Source of the DNA: Frankiales bacterium
Lineage (GTDB): Bacteria > Actinomycetota > Actinomycetes > Mycobacteriales > SCTD01
DNA: 64,000 nucleotides
Assembly (NCBI GenBank): GCA_025966135.1
Contig: JAOPVP010000035.1
Location: forward strand, 64,078 to 128,077
Direction of reading: 5' to 3'
Part shown: one piece after another, positions 63,177 through 64,000 of the stretch
How the letters are laid out: every line of letters begins with the position of its first letter
Position numbering within the stretch: the stretch's first letter is position 1
The notes under the pieces: model-generated
Database searches by the model: none
What the model was told of the DNA's origin: nothing
The model's input: the letters and a program-made list of their open reading frames with translations, nothing else
Translations under genes and position numbers: made by a program

Positions 63177-64000
63177 CTAGCCCGGCACGAGCCGCCACAG
63201 CTTGTCGGAGGAAAGGACGAGCAGGTCGCCGTTCGTGTCGTGGCCGAAGGCCTGCAGACCGTCGACGCCGACGCCCAGCTCGTAGGACGGCGCTACTCCG
63301 GCGGCGGTCCGCCTGGTCGCGAGCAGCCTGCCCACGCAGTAGTCACCGAACACGTAGGACCCGTCGAGCGACGGCAGCTGCTTGCCGCGGTAGACCTCGC
63401 CTCCTGTGATCGAGCAACCGCCGTCGGCATGCAGGTAGGTCAGTGCCGGGACGATCAGCGGACCGCCCGGGGTGAACATCTCATCCTGCTTGAAGCGCAG
63501 ATCGCCTTCGTAGACCGACCAGCCGTAGTTCGCACCCCGCTGGTAGACCGGAGGCACCACGTCGAGCTCCTCGACCTTGTTCTGGCCGATGTCACCCAGG
63601 TAGAGGTCTCCGTTGGTGTCGAAGGAGAAGCGCCAGGGGTTGCGCAGCCCGAGCGCCCACACCTTCGGGTTCTGCCGGTAGGGGTTGCCCGGTGCGGCCG
63701 CCCCGGTCCGCGGGTCCAGCCGCAGGATCTTGCCCAGGTCGCTGCTCAGGTTCTGCGCTCGGTTGCCCGGGTCGCCGGCGCTCCCGCCGTCACCGAGACC
63801 GACGAGCAGCATGCCCGTGCGGTCGAACAGGAGCTGCCCGCCGTTGTGGTTGCCGAACGGCTGAGCGACTGTCAGCAGCACCTGACCCACACCAGCAGTA
63901 CCGGCCGTGACCCTGTAGGCGACGACGTTGATGCTGCCGGTCTTGTCGGTGAAGTCGGCGTACATCCGGTGGTTGGTGGCGTAGCCGGGGTCGAAGGCGA
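63177..64000 (-). CDS. PQQ-dependent sugar dehydrogenase-like beta-propeller protein (5' end outside the window)
   Basis: ..GNHNGGQLLFD.., ..GLRNPWRFSFD.., ..GANYGWS... The frame stays open to the window edge. Confidence 0.75.
   Translation of the reverse strand, partial: AFDPGYATNHRMYADFTDKTGSINVVAYRVTAGTAGVGQVLLTVAQPFGNHNGGQLLFDRTGMLLVGLGDGGSAGDPGNRAQNLSSDLGKILRLDPRTGAAAPGNPYRQNPKVWALGLRNPWRFSFDTNGDLYLGDIGQNKVEELDVVPPVYQRGANYGWSVYEGDLRFKQDEMFTPGGPLIVPALTYLHADGGCSITGGEVYRGKQLPSLDGSYVFGDYCVGRLLATRRTAAGVAPSYELGVGVDGLQAFGHDTNGDLLVLSSDKLWRLVPG

Overview
High-GC (about 70%) actinobacterial chromosome segment. The mycothiol gene mca and the cbs-metB-greA-mca neighbourhood support that placement. 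All family names come from reading motifs in the ORF translations and from memory; no homology search was run. Many track ORFs are antisense or over-extended high-GC artefacts, so I re-set starts using stop/start overlaps and Shine-Dalgarno (SD) sequences read from the DNA. The window has two parts. (1) Positions 1 to about 27735 are an accessory conflict/defence island. It holds a five-gene translationally chained operon centred on two paralogous GTPases plus a metallophosphoesterase (60-6361). Next is a beta-class DNA methyltransferase convergent with a five-gene operon encoding a PLD-nuclease/SF2-helicase fusion, a DndD/SMC-like ATPase and a DndE-like protein, with no sulfur-incorporation genes (7288-13857). 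Then come a lone DUF1643-like gene, an unannotatable three-gene cassette (15187-17204), and a 2106-aa Rhs/YD-repeat toxin with a membrane immunity candidate. Downstream of the Rhs locus is a frameshifted orphan Rhs tip/immunity cassette and a duplicated ~110-nt structured element. The island ends in a decayed junction (26291-27909) with signal-peptidase, IS110 and thioredoxin-domain gene fragments. (2) Positions 27736-64000 are ordinary core genome: an ArsR/SRPBCC pair, an osmoprotectant ABC transporter, a SpoIIE/PP2C sensor phosphatase, an S8 peptidase, arfB, mca, greA, ilvA, a ROK kinase, FIST, an AAA/vWA pair, LIV transporter genes, cbs/metB, a thiolase and others. The two most interesting candidates are the double-GTPase operon and the methylase/helicase-PLD/DndD-like system. 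No rRNA, tRNA or CRISPR array was seen.
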